Of a DNA stretch of 64,000 nt, positions 27,603-37,443 are shown piece by piece. Made by a program: the position numbers and the translations under genes. Each line of letters opens with the position of its first letter. Within the stretch, counting starts at the first letter, position 1. The notes beneath the pieces are model-generated. The model did not search any database. It was not told the origin of the DNA and saw nothing but the letters and a program-made list of their open reading frames with translations. Source of the DNA: an uncultured Bacteroidota bacterium (lineage in GTDB: Bacteria; Bacteroidota; Bacteroidia; Flavobacteriales; Flavobacteriaceae); NCBI GenBank assembly GCA_902536935.1, contig CACAZM010000001.1:22013-86012 (forward strand), in the 5' to 3' direction.

Positions 27603-28955
27603 TTAACCTACTTCTTTATTCATCAAATCCAACGCATCGCGAATAATCGCTTGCGCCTCAATTTTGGAAGAGTTCGCATAATCAATTAATGCAAAATCTT
27701 CGGGGGCAACCTCGTAAATACCAAGTTGCTCCATTTTTTCAATATCATTCGCCATACATGCTTTGAGTAGCTGCATGGGGTATATATCCATGGGAAATAC
27801 ACGCTCCATTTCCCCAGTGACAACAAGGGCACGTTCTTCTCCGTTCAAATTGGTGTCGGGGGTATATTGTTTTTTGGGAAATAACCAAGAAAGTGATGTG
27901 TTTGACATACTATGTATGTTGGGACCTGCTAAAGGAAGCCAGCCAAACATACGATATCGATTTCCCTCTGGAAGTACAGATATGGTATTATTGTAGTAAC
28001 CAACATACCCATTGGCAGAGGTAGCTGTACCTGTCAACACATCTCCATTGATAACGCGCAATGAAGCAAGGTTCTCGGCACCAACATCGTCGAGTAAAGG
28101 CTCTAATGATGCACCAATCGTTGATTTATAATAACATGGAGACGTTAAGGGATGCCCTGCAACAGCAAGTGTTCGAGACGCATCAAAAACTCCCGTTTGA
28201 AAAAATCGGCCAATATTTGCGACATCCTCTGCACCAACAACCCAAACCGTTTCACCAGTATTAATTGGGTCGATATGATGAATTTGAACACCAACATTCC
28301 CTGCCGGGTGAGGCCCTTTGATTCGATGTATTGTACAATTTTTTGTCTGTGCGATTTGACTGGACTCTTTAGCTCCGATAGTCAAATGCAAATTTGGAGA
28401 GAGTTTTGACAACATATCCATTCCCAATTGAAACGCATCCTGTTGTCCTTCCAAAACCACATCGTATTGAGCAGATAAAGGAGCAGTTGCCAAGGCACTA
28501 ACAAAAATCGCCTTTGGAGTAGCATTGGGATTGGCAACAATATCATAGGGACGTTGCCTGATAAACGGCCAATTTCCTGATGCCAACAATTGCTCTTTAA
28601 TTTGCTCGGGCGTAATCTTTCCCAATGATGGAAGTTTGTGCGTAACCGATTGTTGTTTTTTATCGGCAGAGATCATAATCTCAAGCACCTTTCGCTTGGC
28701 ACCACGTCTGATTTCTTTGACTGTCCCACTGACTGGAGAAACAAATTGAATACTGTCTTGATATTTGGAATAAAACAGCGGCTGACCAGCTTGAACTTCA
28801 TCTCCCTCTTTACACAAAAGTTTGGGAAAAACACCATGAAAATCGGTGGGTTTTAAAGCAAACTTCGTTGATGGTGGTGCAATCTTGAGCGTGTTGGTAG
28901 GAGCCCCCTTGAGTCGGAGGGTAAGACCTTTTCGGATCTTGATGTCAGTTGACAT
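27603..28955 (-). CDS. nqrA: Na+-translocating NADH:quinone reductase subunit A
   Basis: MSTDIKIRKGLTLRLKGAP is the canonical NqrA N-terminus, giving 450 aa from the ATG at 28955. The track start at 29087 adds 44 Lys/Asn-rich residues. Confidence 0.95.
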   Translation of the reverse strand: MSTDIKIRKGLTLRLKGAPTNTLKIAPPSTKFALKPTDFHGVFPKLLCKEGDEVQAGQPLFYSKYQDSIQFVSPVSGTVKEIRRGAKRKVLEIMISADKKQQSVTHKLPSLGKITPEQIKEQLLASGNWPFIRQRPYDIVANPNATPKAIFVSALATAPLSAQYDVVLEGQQDAFQLGMDMLSKLSPNLHLTIGAKESSQIAQTKNCTIHRIKGPHPAGNVGVQIHHIDPINTGETVWVVGAEDVANIGRFFQTGVFDASRTLAVAGHPLTSPCYYKSTIGASLEPLLDDVGAENLASLRVINGDVLTGTATSANGYVGYYNNTISVLPEGNRYRMFGWLPLAGPNIHSMSNTSLSWLFPKKQYTPDTNLNGEERALVVTGEMERVFPMDIYPMQLLKACMANDIEKMEQLGIYEVAPEDFALIDYANSSKIEAQAIIRDALDLMNKEVG

Positions 28956-28975
28956 GTTTATTACCTTTTGGAGCA

Positions 28976-28983
28976 CAAATTTA
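28976..28983 (-). promoter_or_regulatory. Candidate -7 box (TAaaTTTG) for the nqr operon
   Basis: Plus strand reads caaattta, an exact TAnnTTTG on the minus strand, 20 nt upstream of the nqrA ATG and inside the rejected N-terminal extension. Confidence 0.45.
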
Positions 28984-29145
28984 CTTAGTTCAAAGCGCTT
29001 AAAAAAAGGTTCAGACTCCTTTTTATTCTTATTTATATTAATTCCAAATAATTTGTTTAACGCTTCTATTTTCGACTTGATTTTCACTTTGTAATTTCGT
29101 CTCTGATTTTAGGTATCTTTAGGCAATATTTTTAAATTTTTATAG

Positions 29146-30387
29146 TTGCTAAACGTTAAACAAATTTTTTTTGCACTTGTTTTTCCCAGCATTTTGATGG
29201 GGCAACAATTGAAAGAAAAAACTCCTCCAAATCACATTGGCACAATCATTTTTCAGGCAGAAGAACAAATCGAAAATACCCCAATAGTTGAGCTCGGGAA
29301 AATGTTTACTTTACGCTTTGACGATTTGAATGCCGATGAAACCTATTATTACTACACCATTCAACACGCAAATGCGGATTGGACTGTTTCAGAACTTTTT
29401 AAGTCAGAATATATCAACGGTTTTGATGACGTGCGAATACGGAATATGACCAACTCGTCGGCGACACTGCAAAGCTATACACACTACGCATTGACCATTC
29501 CGAACAGAAATACTGAAATTATCACAAGCGGAAATTATATACTGGCTGTATTTGATGACAACCAAAAGTTGATTTTTACCAAGCGATTTGTTGTCTATGA
29601 ACAACAGGCCAATGTACAAGTCGGTATTTTTCGGTTGCGTGATTTGGAAGGGATTGAAAGTAAGCAACGAATCGAAATCGAAGTGCAAACAGCTAACATC
29701 AATTCACGTAAACCTAATCAAGAGATCAGCGTTTGGGCTCTTCAAAACTATCGCTGGGCGTCTGCTCGTAAAATCTCCAAATACGATTATATGTTGAATA
29801 AAAGCTTGCGATTTGAATACGACAATAACCTCATTTTTGAGGGCGGGAACGAATACTTTTTTTATGACACTAAAGACATTCGATCAGCAGGGGGGAATGT
29901 TGCCTATATCAGACGTGAAAATCTGTATCAAAGTATTTTGTATCCCAATTTTGTACGCAATGGTAATGCATACACCTATGCACCAGACATCAATGGTAAT
30001 TTTGTGATTCAAACCACAGAAGGATTCAATCCAGACACAGATGCCGATTACACAGAAGTCACTTTCAGCTTGCGTTCGTCTGAAACCAACTATGATTTTT
30101 ATGTCACTGGTCTTTTCAATCAGCATCAACCAAAGCCAGTCCACAAACTAGAATACGACTCTGCAAACAACCTCCACCAGTTAACAATTCGGCTCAAACA
30201 AGGGGTGTATAACTACAAATATATCGCAATCGATTCCGCTGGTCTGCTGTATGAGAATGGCGTTGGGGGCAGTCATTGGCAAACCGAAAATGAGTATTTG
30301 GCGTTGGTTTACCTGCGAAAGTTTGGAGACCGCTACGATCGATTGATCGGGATTGGTGTTGGAAACTCCGAACAAATCCAAAATTAA
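29146..30387 (+). CDS. DUF5103 / T9SS plug-protein-like secreted protein
   Basis: Signal peptide, then LRFDDLNADETYYYYTIQHANADWTVSELFKSEYINGFDD. I recall this as the DUF5103 (T9SS_plug first domain) signature, from memory only. It is followed by apaG, as in many Flavobacteriia. TTG start. Confidence 0.55.
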   Translation: MLNVKQIFFALVFPSILMGQQLKEKTPPNHIGTIIFQAEEQIENTPIVELGKMFTLRFDDLNADETYYYYTIQHANADWTVSELFKSEYINGFDDVRIRNMTNSSATLQSYTHYALTIPNRNTEIITSGNYILAVFDDNQKLIFTKRFVVYEQQANVQVGIFRLRDLEGIESKQRIEIEVQTANINSRKPNQEISVWALQNYRWASARKISKYDYMLNKSLRFEYDNNLIFEGGNEYFFYDTKDIRSAGGNVAYIRRENLYQSILYPNFVRNGNAYTYAPDINGNFVIQTTEGFNPDTDADYTEVTFSLRSSETNYDFYVTGLFNQHQPKPVHKLEYDSANNLHQLTIRLKQGVYNYKYIAIDSAGLLYENGVGGSHWQTENEYLALVYLRKFGDRYDRLIGIGVGNSEQIQN

Positions 30388-30388
30388 T

Positions 30389-30422
30389 TACCTTGCAATC
30401 TGGAAGTTTTGTACCTTGCAAT
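30389..30422 (+). repeat. Perfect 11-bp direct repeat TACCTTGCAAT x2 (23-bp period) abutting the apaG start
   Basis: Copies at 30389-30399 and 30412-30422 are identical. The second copy ends 1 nt before the apaG ATG at 30424. Confidence 0.8.
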
Positions 30423-30423
30423 T

Positions 30424-30810
30424 ATGGTACAGCTACTCACCAGTGGAATTCGTGTTTCGGTGGAGGTTTTTTTTGAAGGAACCTACTTCAAAGATTACAA
30501 GCTCAACTATTCCTACGCTTACCAAATTACCATTTACAATGAGGGAAAAGAAGCCGTTCAACTCCAATCTCGACATTGGGAAATTATCGACTCTCTCCGT
30601 CCAAAGACCATTATTGATGGGGAGGGCGTTGTGGGTAAAAAACCAGTAGTTTCACCTGGAAAAAGTTATACCTATAGATCGGGCTGTTTGGTAACTTCTT
30701 CTGCGGGAGCCATGTATGGACACTACAACTTTATTAATCTCGCAACTACCAAAAAATTTAGAGTATATATTCCCAAATTTAAACTTAGTCCCGCCTTTGC
30801 GATGAACTGA
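30424..30810 (+). CDS. apaG: ApaG (DUF525) protein
   Basis: YAYQITIYNEGKEAVQLQSRHWEIIDS...DGEGVVGKKPVVSPGKSYTY is the typical ApaG core. I chose the ATG at 30424 because the track start at 30409 is a TTG. Confidence 0.85.
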   Translation: MVQLLTSGIRVSVEVFFEGTYFKDYKLNYSYAYQITIYNEGKEAVQLQSRHWEIIDSLRPKTIIDGEGVVGKKPVVSPGKSYTYRSGCLVTSSAGAMYGHYNFINLATTKKFRVYIPKFKLSPAFAMN

Positions 30811-30829
30811 GTTATATTACGCTTTTTAG

Positions 30830-30837
30830 TAGATTTG
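30830..30837 (+). promoter_or_regulatory. Candidate -7 box (TAgaTTTG) for pruA
   Basis: Exact TAnnTTTG, 25 nt upstream of the ATG at 30863. Confidence 0.45.
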
Positions 30838-30862
30838 TTACATAAACAAAAAAATATGCGTC

Positions 30863-32488
30863 ATGCCCTACGGATTTTTCAAAGTTGACACTCCACGAAA
30901 TGAAGTCACTTACGAATATCGTCCTGGTTCGCCAGAACGAAAACAAGTTGAAGAAACCTACAAAAGAATGTTCGCCCAAACCGTTGAAGTTCCCTTGTAT
31001 CTTGGTGATGAAGAGGTCTTTACGTCTGAAATACGCCCCATTAGACCTCCGCACGATCATCAGCACATTGTCGGGACATATAGCGTTGCCCAGCCCGAGC
31101 ATGTAACACGAGCAATTAACAACGCACTGAAAGCCAAAGCAAAATGGGCCGCAATGTCATGGGAGCATCGTGTATCGATTTTTATTAAAGCTGCTGATTT
31201 GATCGCAGGTCCCTACAGAGCAATTATCAATGCAGGTACCATGATTGGTCAGTCTAAAAATATTTTCCAAGCAGAAATCGATGCCACTTGTGAATCTGTT
31301 GATTTTCTCAAATTCAATGCCGCTTTTGCTTCACAAATCTATCAGGAACAACCCGCTCCTGGTAATGGTGTTTTTAATCGTATTGAACACCGACCACTGG
31401 AGGGGTTTACATATGCAGTTACTCCATTTAACTTTACTGCTATTGCTTGCAATCTCACTTCATGTATGGCGATGATGGGGAATGTGGTGGTCTGGAAACC
31501 CAGTGACCACCAAATGTATACTGCTAAAATTTTGATGGACATCTTTAAAGAAGCTGGACTTCCTGATGGTGTAATTACACTCGTTTCCGGAGACCCTGAA
31601 ATGATTACAGATATTGTGTTGAAGCATCCGTCTTTTGCAGGCTTGCACTTTACAGGTTCTACTTTTGTTTTTCAAAATCTATGGAAGAAAATCGGTGAAA
31701 ACATCAAGAACTATAAAACCTATCCGCGGATCGTAGGTGAGACTGGCGGTAAAGACTTTATCCTGGCTCATCAATCAGCAGAGATCGATGTAGTCGCCAC
31801 TGCCATTACGCGTGGTGCTTTTGAATATCAAGGGCAAAAGTGCTCAGCCGCTTCTCGAATCTATTTGCCAAAATCAATTGCTCAAAAAATTATTGATAAA
31901 GTCGTTGCCAATGTCAAATCCTTCACTATGGGATCCCCACAAGACATGAGTCATTTTATCACAGCTGTAATCCATGAGGCATCCTTTGATAAACTCGCTG
32001 GTTATATCGACCAAGCCAAAGCAGACAAGGATGTCGAAGTCCTTGTTGGTGGAACTTATGACAAATCCAAGGGATATTTTATATCCCCTACTATATTGCT
32101 TACAACCAATCCGAAATACACGACCATGGAGACAGAATTGTTTGGCCCTGTAGTGACCCTATACGTTTATGAAGATGAGAAATGGGAAGAAACCATTGAT
32201 TTGGTGGATAACACTTCAGTCTATGGGCTCACAGGTGCTGTGATTGCACAGGACCGTCAGGTTATTGAGAACGCAAGTCTGAAACTCGTCAATGCTGCTG
32301 GAAACTTTTACATCAATGACAAGCCCAGTGGTGCGGTGGTCGGACAACAACCATTTGGAGGTGCTAGAGCGTCTGGCACCAACGACAAAGCCGGCTCGAT
32401 GCAAAACCTATTACGATGGGTATCCCCTAGATTAATCAAAGAAACGATGGTGCCGCCTAAAGACTACCGTTACCCACATATGGGTTAA
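30863..32488 (+). CDS. pruA: L-glutamate gamma-semialdehyde (1-pyrroline-5-carboxylate) dehydrogenase
   Basis: Aldehyde dehydrogenase motifs (VGETGGKDF, catalytic Cys in GQKCSAASR), a P5CDH-type N-terminus (FKVDTPRNE) and C-terminus, 541 aa. Confidence 0.9.
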   Translation: MPYGFFKVDTPRNEVTYEYRPGSPERKQVEETYKRMFAQTVEVPLYLGDEEVFTSEIRPIRPPHDHQHIVGTYSVAQPEHVTRAINNALKAKAKWAAMSWEHRVSIFIKAADLIAGPYRAIINAGTMIGQSKNIFQAEIDATCESVDFLKFNAAFASQIYQEQPAPGNGVFNRIEHRPLEGFTYAVTPFNFTAIACNLTSCMAMMGNVVVWKPSDHQMYTAKILMDIFKEAGLPDGVITLVSGDPEMITDIVLKHPSFAGLHFTGSTFVFQNLWKKIGENIKNYKTYPRIVGETGGKDFILAHQSAEIDVVATAITRGAFEYQGQKCSAASRIYLPKSIAQKIIDKVVANVKSFTMGSPQDMSHFITAVIHEASFDKLAGYIDQAKADKDVEVLVGGTYDKSKGYFISPTILLTTNPKYTTMETELFGPVVTLYVYEDEKWEETIDLVDNTSVYGLTGAVIAQDRQVIENASLKLVNAAGNFYINDKPSGAVVGQQPFGGARASGTNDKAGSMQNLLRWVSPRLIKETMVPPKDYRYPHMG

Positions 32489-33102
32489 AGAGGCAAGTGT
32501 ACCACATATTTTGTGGCAAAAAATTCTTCTTGGAAATAATTGGCAAGTGGATAGCGGGTCGCTTTGGGGAAAGTTTTAAGTTCTTCATTCAGGTCACCAC
32601 CTTTTAGAGCAAGTATACCATTGGCCAAATCGTGTTCTTTCATAGGACTAATTTTATCCTGCACAAATTGCACTAATCGGGACATTTGGGTGACCGCACG
32701 AGAAACTACAAAGTCAAAGTTTCCATTTACTTGTTCGGCGCGTTGGTGAGTTACTTGTATGTTTGTCAAACCCACCGCACCAGCAACTGCATTGACGACT
32801 GCGATTTTTTTTTTAATGGAGTCGACAAGGTAAAAGTCAGTTTCTGGGAAAAGGATAGCAAGTGGAATTCCAGGAAAACCGCCACCTGTACCCACATCGA
32901 GAATTTTGGCATGGGGAGCAAATGACATCACTTTGGCAATACCTAAAGCATGTAGTACATGACGTTCGTAAAGGGTGTCGATATCTTTACGAGAAATCAC
33001 ATTTATTTTCTGATTCCAATCTGCATATAAGCCATAAAGTTGCTGGAATTGTAGTTTCTGCAGATCATTTAGGTTGGGAAAGTAAGTGAGGAGTTTTTTC
33101 AT
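32485..33102 (-). CDS. rsmG: 16S rRNA (guanine527-N7)-methyltransferase RsmG (GidB)
   Basis: ILDVGTGGGFPGIPLAI SAM motif, ~205 aa from the ATG at 33102 (MKKLLTYF). The track start at 33108 is a TTG. Confidence 0.9.
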   Translation of the reverse strand: MKKLLTYFPNLNDLQKLQFQQLYGLYADWNQKINVISRKDIDTLYERHVLHALGIAKVMSFAPHAKILDVGTGGGFPGIPLAILFPETDFYLVDSIKKKIAVVNAVAGAVGLTNIQVTHQRAEQVNGNFDFVVSRAVTQMSRLVQFVQDKISPMKEHDLANGILALKGGDLNEELKTFPKATRYPLANYFQEEFFATKYVVHLPL

Positions 33103-33121
33103 ATTCAATTATTGTTGAAAT

Positions 33122-33129
33122 CAAAAGTA
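33122..33129 (-). promoter_or_regulatory. Candidate -7 box (TActTTTG) for rsmG
   Basis: Plus strand reads caaaagta, an exact TAnnTTTG on the minus strand, 19 nt upstream of the rsmG ATG. A mirrored plus-strand copy is at 33170-33177. Confidence 0.4.
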
Positions 33130-33332
33130 AAAAAAGCAAAAAATAATGATGACTCAAAATCATAATTACTACTTTTGCTTTTACAATCGAACCCAATGAA
33201 AATTATTAAACAAACTCCCAAGAAATTTAATTTGCTCTACAACGATCTTATAACTCTTTGCTTCGACTTCATTTCTCACTTTCACCATCTCAAATCATTG
33301 GGAAAAAAACCAACAACAGTTTAATAAAGACG

Positions 33333-34520
33333 ATGAAAGGAGAATTATCGAATCGGATCAACAGTTTGCCTGCTTCGGCAACATTAACCATGGCGGCCAA
33401 AGCCAGAGATTTAAAAAATCAGGGTTTTAACGTTATCGGACTGAGTCTTGGAGAACCAGATTTTAATACGCCTGATTTTATCAAAGAAGCAGCGGTACAA
33501 GCTGTCAATGACAATTACAATTCATACACTCCTGTCGATGGTTATGGAGAGTTGAAAGAAGCCATTTGCAAAAAGTTTAAAAGAGACAACCACTTAGATT
33601 ATAGTCCGAGTCAAATCGTGGTGTCAACTGGAGCAAAACAGTCTATTGCAAACGCCATTCAGGTGTTGATCAACCCCGGAGACGATGTTTTGCTTGTGGC
33701 ACCATACTGGGTGAGTTATTCTGCAATAGTCGTGCTGGCTGAAGGAAACCCAATAGAGATCTACTCAGATATCAAAACCGATTTTAAAATCACGCCTGAA
33801 CAACTTGAAAAAGCGATTACACGTAAAACAAAAATGGTGGTCATTAACTCGCCCAACAATCCCAGTGGATCGGTTTATACTGAAGACGAATACCGTTCTT
33901 TGGCAGCCGTTTTAGAAAAATACCCTGACATTTATATTCTTTCAGATGAAATTTATGAACATATCAACTATGGGGTACCACACTTCAGTTTCGCTAAAAT
34001 TCCGTCAATGTACGATCGTACATTGACTGTCAACGGAGTGGCAAAAGCATTTGCGATGACGGGTTGGCGTATTGGTTACCTCGGCGCACCAGAACGAATC
34101 GCAAAAGCATGCACCAAAATGCAAGGCCAGACCACAAGTGGGGCCAACTGTATCGCACAACGCGCTACGATCACAGCTTTGGAAGCGCCAGTTAGCAAAA
34201 TTCAGTACATGGTTGACGAATTTGCGACCCGCCGAGAAAGAATCATTGCCTTACTCGGTACGATTGAGGGCTTTGTTCTAAATCATCCTAAAGGGGCTTT
34301 TTATGTGTTTCCAGATATATCACATTATTTCAGAAAAACAATCAAGGGTAAAACCATTGAAAATTCTTCTGACTTTGCACTCTACCTCTTAGAAGAAGCC
34401 CATGTTGCTACTGTGAGTGGCGAGGCATTCGGCTGTCCAAATAATATTCGAATTTCCTATGCAGCTTCTATGGACGACATCGAAGAAGCGGTTAAACGAA
34501 TTCAGCAGGCATTAACTTAG
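33333..34520 (+). CDS. Pyridoxal-phosphate-dependent aspartate aminotransferase (class I)
   Basis: LSLGEPDF, NSPNNPSG and the PLP lysine context VNGVAKAFAMTGWRIGY. 395 aa from the ATG at 33333; the track start at 33258 is a TTG. Confidence 0.9.
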   Translation: MKGELSNRINSLPASATLTMAAKARDLKNQGFNVIGLSLGEPDFNTPDFIKEAAVQAVNDNYNSYTPVDGYGELKEAICKKFKRDNHLDYSPSQIVVSTGAKQSIANAIQVLINPGDDVLLVAPYWVSYSAIVVLAEGNPIEIYSDIKTDFKITPEQLEKAITRKTKMVVINSPNNPSGSVYTEDEYRSLAAVLEKYPDIYILSDEIYEHINYGVPHFSFAKIPSMYDRTLTVNGVAKAFAMTGWRIGYLGAPERIAKACTKMQGQTTSGANCIAQRATITALEAPVSKIQYMVDEFATRRERIIALLGTIEGFVLNHPKGAFYVFPDISHYFRKTIKGKTIENSSDFALYLLEEAHVATVSGEAFGCPNNIRISYAASMDDIEEAVKRIQQALT

Positions 34521-36013
34521 TGGTCTTTCCAGAAATATGGAGTAAATAAAATTAGTGCGGTAAATAGTTCAAGACGACCAACCAACATCAAAAAGGAGCA
34601 CCAAATTTTCCCACCACTAGGCATGGATGCATAGGTTGAAACGGGACCAAAATCGCCCAAACTTGGTCCAACATTTCCCAGGCTCGCTGCAGATGCACCG
34701 ACAGACGACAAAAAATCCAAGCCAAAAAAGCTTAAAACGACTGCACCTATTATAAATAGCAGCATGTAAAGGATAAAAAATCCAAGAATTCGATAGACCA
34801 GACTCTGTTGGATTGTAACGTGGTTGAGGTGAAGTGAAACAATAGCATTGGGGTGGAGGGCGCGACGAAATTCAAGGATTGCATTTTTGATCATCACCAA
34901 ATGTCGAATCACTTTCACTCCCCCTGAAGTCGAACCGGAAGATCCACCCAAAAAGAAGAGACCAAAGAAAAGCATGGTCAAAAAAGGAATCCAACCAGCA
35001 AAGTCTGCAGTCACAAAACCAGTGGTTGTAATGATAGCAACGACTTGGAATAAGGCATGTCGGAAACTGCTTTCAAACTCCCCAAGGACTTGTGGGTGAT
35101 CAATTGTGGTTGATTGTAGGTTTACATTGACATAAATCCCAATAAAGGTAATCAGTGTAAAAAACGTCACAAAGCCGATATACCAGCGAAACTCATTGTC
35201 TTGCCAAATTCGTTGCAGTTTACCTTTAAGTCCAAAGTAAATCAGAACGAAGTTGGTACCTGCTAAAAACATAAATAAGGTTACTATATATTGGATCATA
35301 GGTCTGTGATTCCAATACGCCAAACTTTCATTTTTGGTTGAAAACCCACCAGATGCCATGGTACTCATCGAATGATTAACAGCATCAAAAATCGTCATTC
35401 CTGCCAGAGATAATAAAATCGCCTCTAATGCCGTAAAGCCTACATAGATATACCAAAGTCGTTTTGCGGTATCGCTAATACGCGGGTGGAGTTTATCCCC
35501 ACCAACAACGGTAGCTTCAGCTGAAAACAATTGAACACCGCCAATACCCAATAGTGGTAGAATCGCCACTGCTAATACAATAATACCCATGCCACCAAGC
35601 CAGTGTGTAAGGGAGCGCCACAATATGATACTTTTTGGTTGTGCTTCAATATCTTGAATAATTGTAGCTCCAGTAGCTGTAAAACCGGACATGGTTTCAA
35701 ACAATGCATCTGAATAGCTTTCTAGGGTACCAGTCAACAGATAAGGTAATGTACCAAAAAACACCATGCTGAGCCAGCCCAGCACCACTGTCAAGTACCC
35801 ATCCCTCTTCCTGATTTCCCGTTTTCGATTTCGGGTAATAACTAAGGTTACAAATGCTACCCCTGTGGTAATAAATGCAGAGTACAAAAATCCGTTCACT
35901 GCGCCATCACCCATATAGGCACTTAAAACGGAACAGAAATACATGGCTGTTGCATTAAACAAAAGCAACAAGCCCAACATGTGAAAAATTGTCGAAAAAT
36001 TATACACTTTCAT
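34517..36013 (-). CDS. trkH: TrkH/KtrB-family potassium uptake membrane protein
   Basis: 498-aa polytopic protein with repeated selectivity-filter-like GFxxTG / GGxSG motifs (SGFTATGAT, ASGGFSTKN, TTTGF, GGSSGSTSGGVK). Downstream of trkA. Confidence 0.9.
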   Translation of the reverse strand: MKVYNFSTIFHMLGLLLLFNATAMYFCSVLSAYMGDGAVNGFLYSAFITTGVAFVTLVITRNRKREIRKRDGYLTVVLGWLSMVFFGTLPYLLTGTLESYSDALFETMSGFTATGATIIQDIEAQPKSIILWRSLTHWLGGMGIIVLAVAILPLLGIGGVQLFSAEATVVGGDKLHPRISDTAKRLWYIYVGFTALEAILLSLAGMTIFDAVNHSMSTMASGGFSTKNESLAYWNHRPMIQYIVTLFMFLAGTNFVLIYFGLKGKLQRIWQDNEFRWYIGFVTFFTLITFIGIYVNVNLQSTTIDHPQVLGEFESSFRHALFQVVAIITTTGFVTADFAGWIPFLTMLFFGLFFLGGSSGSTSGGVKVIRHLVMIKNAILEFRRALHPNAIVSLHLNHVTIQQSLVYRILGFFILYMLLFIIGAVVLSFFGLDFLSSVGASAASLGNVGPSLGDFGPVSTYASMPSGGKIWCSFLMLVGRLELFTALILFTPYFWKDH

Positions 36014-36015
36014 CG

Positions 36016-37365
36016 CTACCGAAATAATCGCTCAATTCGTGAGATGGACTTTGGTAAACAGCAAACCAAAACTCTATCGCCAGGCATGATTTCAAAATCG
36101 CCAAGGGCAATAATCCCCTCCCCTGCTCTTATAACACCGCCAATTGTAGCTGTTCGAGAAATCTCTAAATCCTTGATTTTTTTTCCTAAAACTCGAGAAT
36201 CTTCACTGACAACAAACTCGAGAAGTTCTGCATCCATATTATTGAGTTTGGCCAAGTCAACGACCTTTCCTTTCCGTACATAGCGAAAAATACTGTTGGC
36301 AGTTAGTAACTTCTTATTAATTAGTGTGTCTACCCCGATTGATTTGGTGAGCTCGAAGTAATCCACATTCTCGACTAGTGCTATAATTTTGGATACATTA
36401 TTAGATTTGGCCATCAAACAAGACATGATATTAGTTTCGGAGTCATCTGTGACTGCTAAAAAAACATCCATGCCACCAATATTTTCTTCAAGCAATAACT
36501 CAGCATTTCGCCCATCGCCATGAATCACAAGAGTATTAGGAAGGGACTCAGACAATTTGATTGCCTTTTCTTTATTCAACTCAACGAGTTTGACACGCAT
36601 TCCGCGTTGACATAAGTCTTCTGCCGTCTTTTTTCCAATGCGTCCACCACCAAGAATCATCACGTTCTCAACCTCTTGCTTGGTGTATCCGATCAATTCG
36701 TTTATGGCGTCTATTCCTGACTTGGAGCTTGTGAAATAGACCTGATCTCCAGCTTTAAAAAGAGTATCTCCGCGAGGAATGAGGGTTGTTTGTGTACCTG
36801 CCCGTTTAATTGCAATTGGCATAAAGTGTACCTCCGAATAAACAGCCGCTGCCTCTTTTACCGATTTCCCAACAAAGGGTGCCGACTCTTCCAAGGTTGT
36901 GCCCATCATTGTCAAGGCACCTTCTTCAAATTCATAGCTATTGTTAAATGCTGACTCGTCAATTAACAATTCAATTTCTTTAACCGCTAATTCTTCAGGG
37001 GAGATCAATTCATCGATGCCTAAGGAGTGAAAGTCGACATCTTCTTTGTACTTGTCAAACTCAATATTGGTCACACGTGCTATAGTCCGTTTACAGCCCA
37101 ATTGTTTTGATAGTAAACAAGACATCAAATTGGTGGTTTCTACCGGGCTAACGGCAATCATCATGTCGGAGTCGCCCGCATCTGCTTTTTTGAGTACCGA
37201 CAAGGCAGAAGGGTCTCCGTGTATGGTGCGGATATCCAAATGAGTCTCGGCATATGTTAGGTCCTCATTTACACTATCTATTAGCGTAATGTCCTGAGAT
37301 TCGAATGAGAGTAGCTTTGCAAGATGAAGTCCAACATCACTCGCACCAGCAATAATGATTTTCAT
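36016..37365 (-). CDS. trkA: Trk system potassium uptake protein TrkA (tandem RCK/NAD-binding domains)
   Basis: Two Rossmann GxGxxG motifs (IIAGASDVG and ILGGGRIG), 449 aa. The gap to trkH is 2 nt. Confidence 0.9.
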   Translation of the reverse strand: MKIIIAGASDVGLHLAKLLSFESQDITLIDSVNEDLTYAETHLDIRTIHGDPSALSVLKKADAGDSDMMIAVSPVETTNLMSCLLSKQLGCKRTIARVTNIEFDKYKEDVDFHSLGIDELISPEELAVKEIELLIDESAFNNSYEFEEGALTMMGTTLEESAPFVGKSVKEAAAVYSEVHFMPIAIKRAGTQTTLIPRGDTLFKAGDQVYFTSSKSGIDAINELIGYTKQEVENVMILGGGRIGKKTAEDLCQRGMRVKLVELNKEKAIKLSESLPNTLVIHGDGRNAELLLEENIGGMDVFLAVTDDSETNIMSCLMAKSNNVSKIIALVENVDYFELTKSIGVDTLINKKLLTANSIFRYVRKGKVVDLAKLNNMDAELLEFVVSEDSRVLGKKIKDLEISRTATIGGVIRAGEGIIALGDFEIMPGDRVLVCCLPKSISRIERLFR

Positions 37366-37388
37366 GAAAAATCCTTGGTTTGCTAGTG

Positions 37389-37396
37389 CAAATATA
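37389..37396 (-). promoter_or_regulatory. Candidate -7 box (TAtaTTTG) for trkA-trkH
   Basis: Plus strand reads caaatata, an exact TAnnTTTG on the minus strand, 23 nt upstream of the trkA ATG. Confidence 0.45.
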
Positions 37397-37443
37397 GATG
37401 TTTTGCAATGAACCTACTCATCCAAATAAATCTCTGATTCGCT

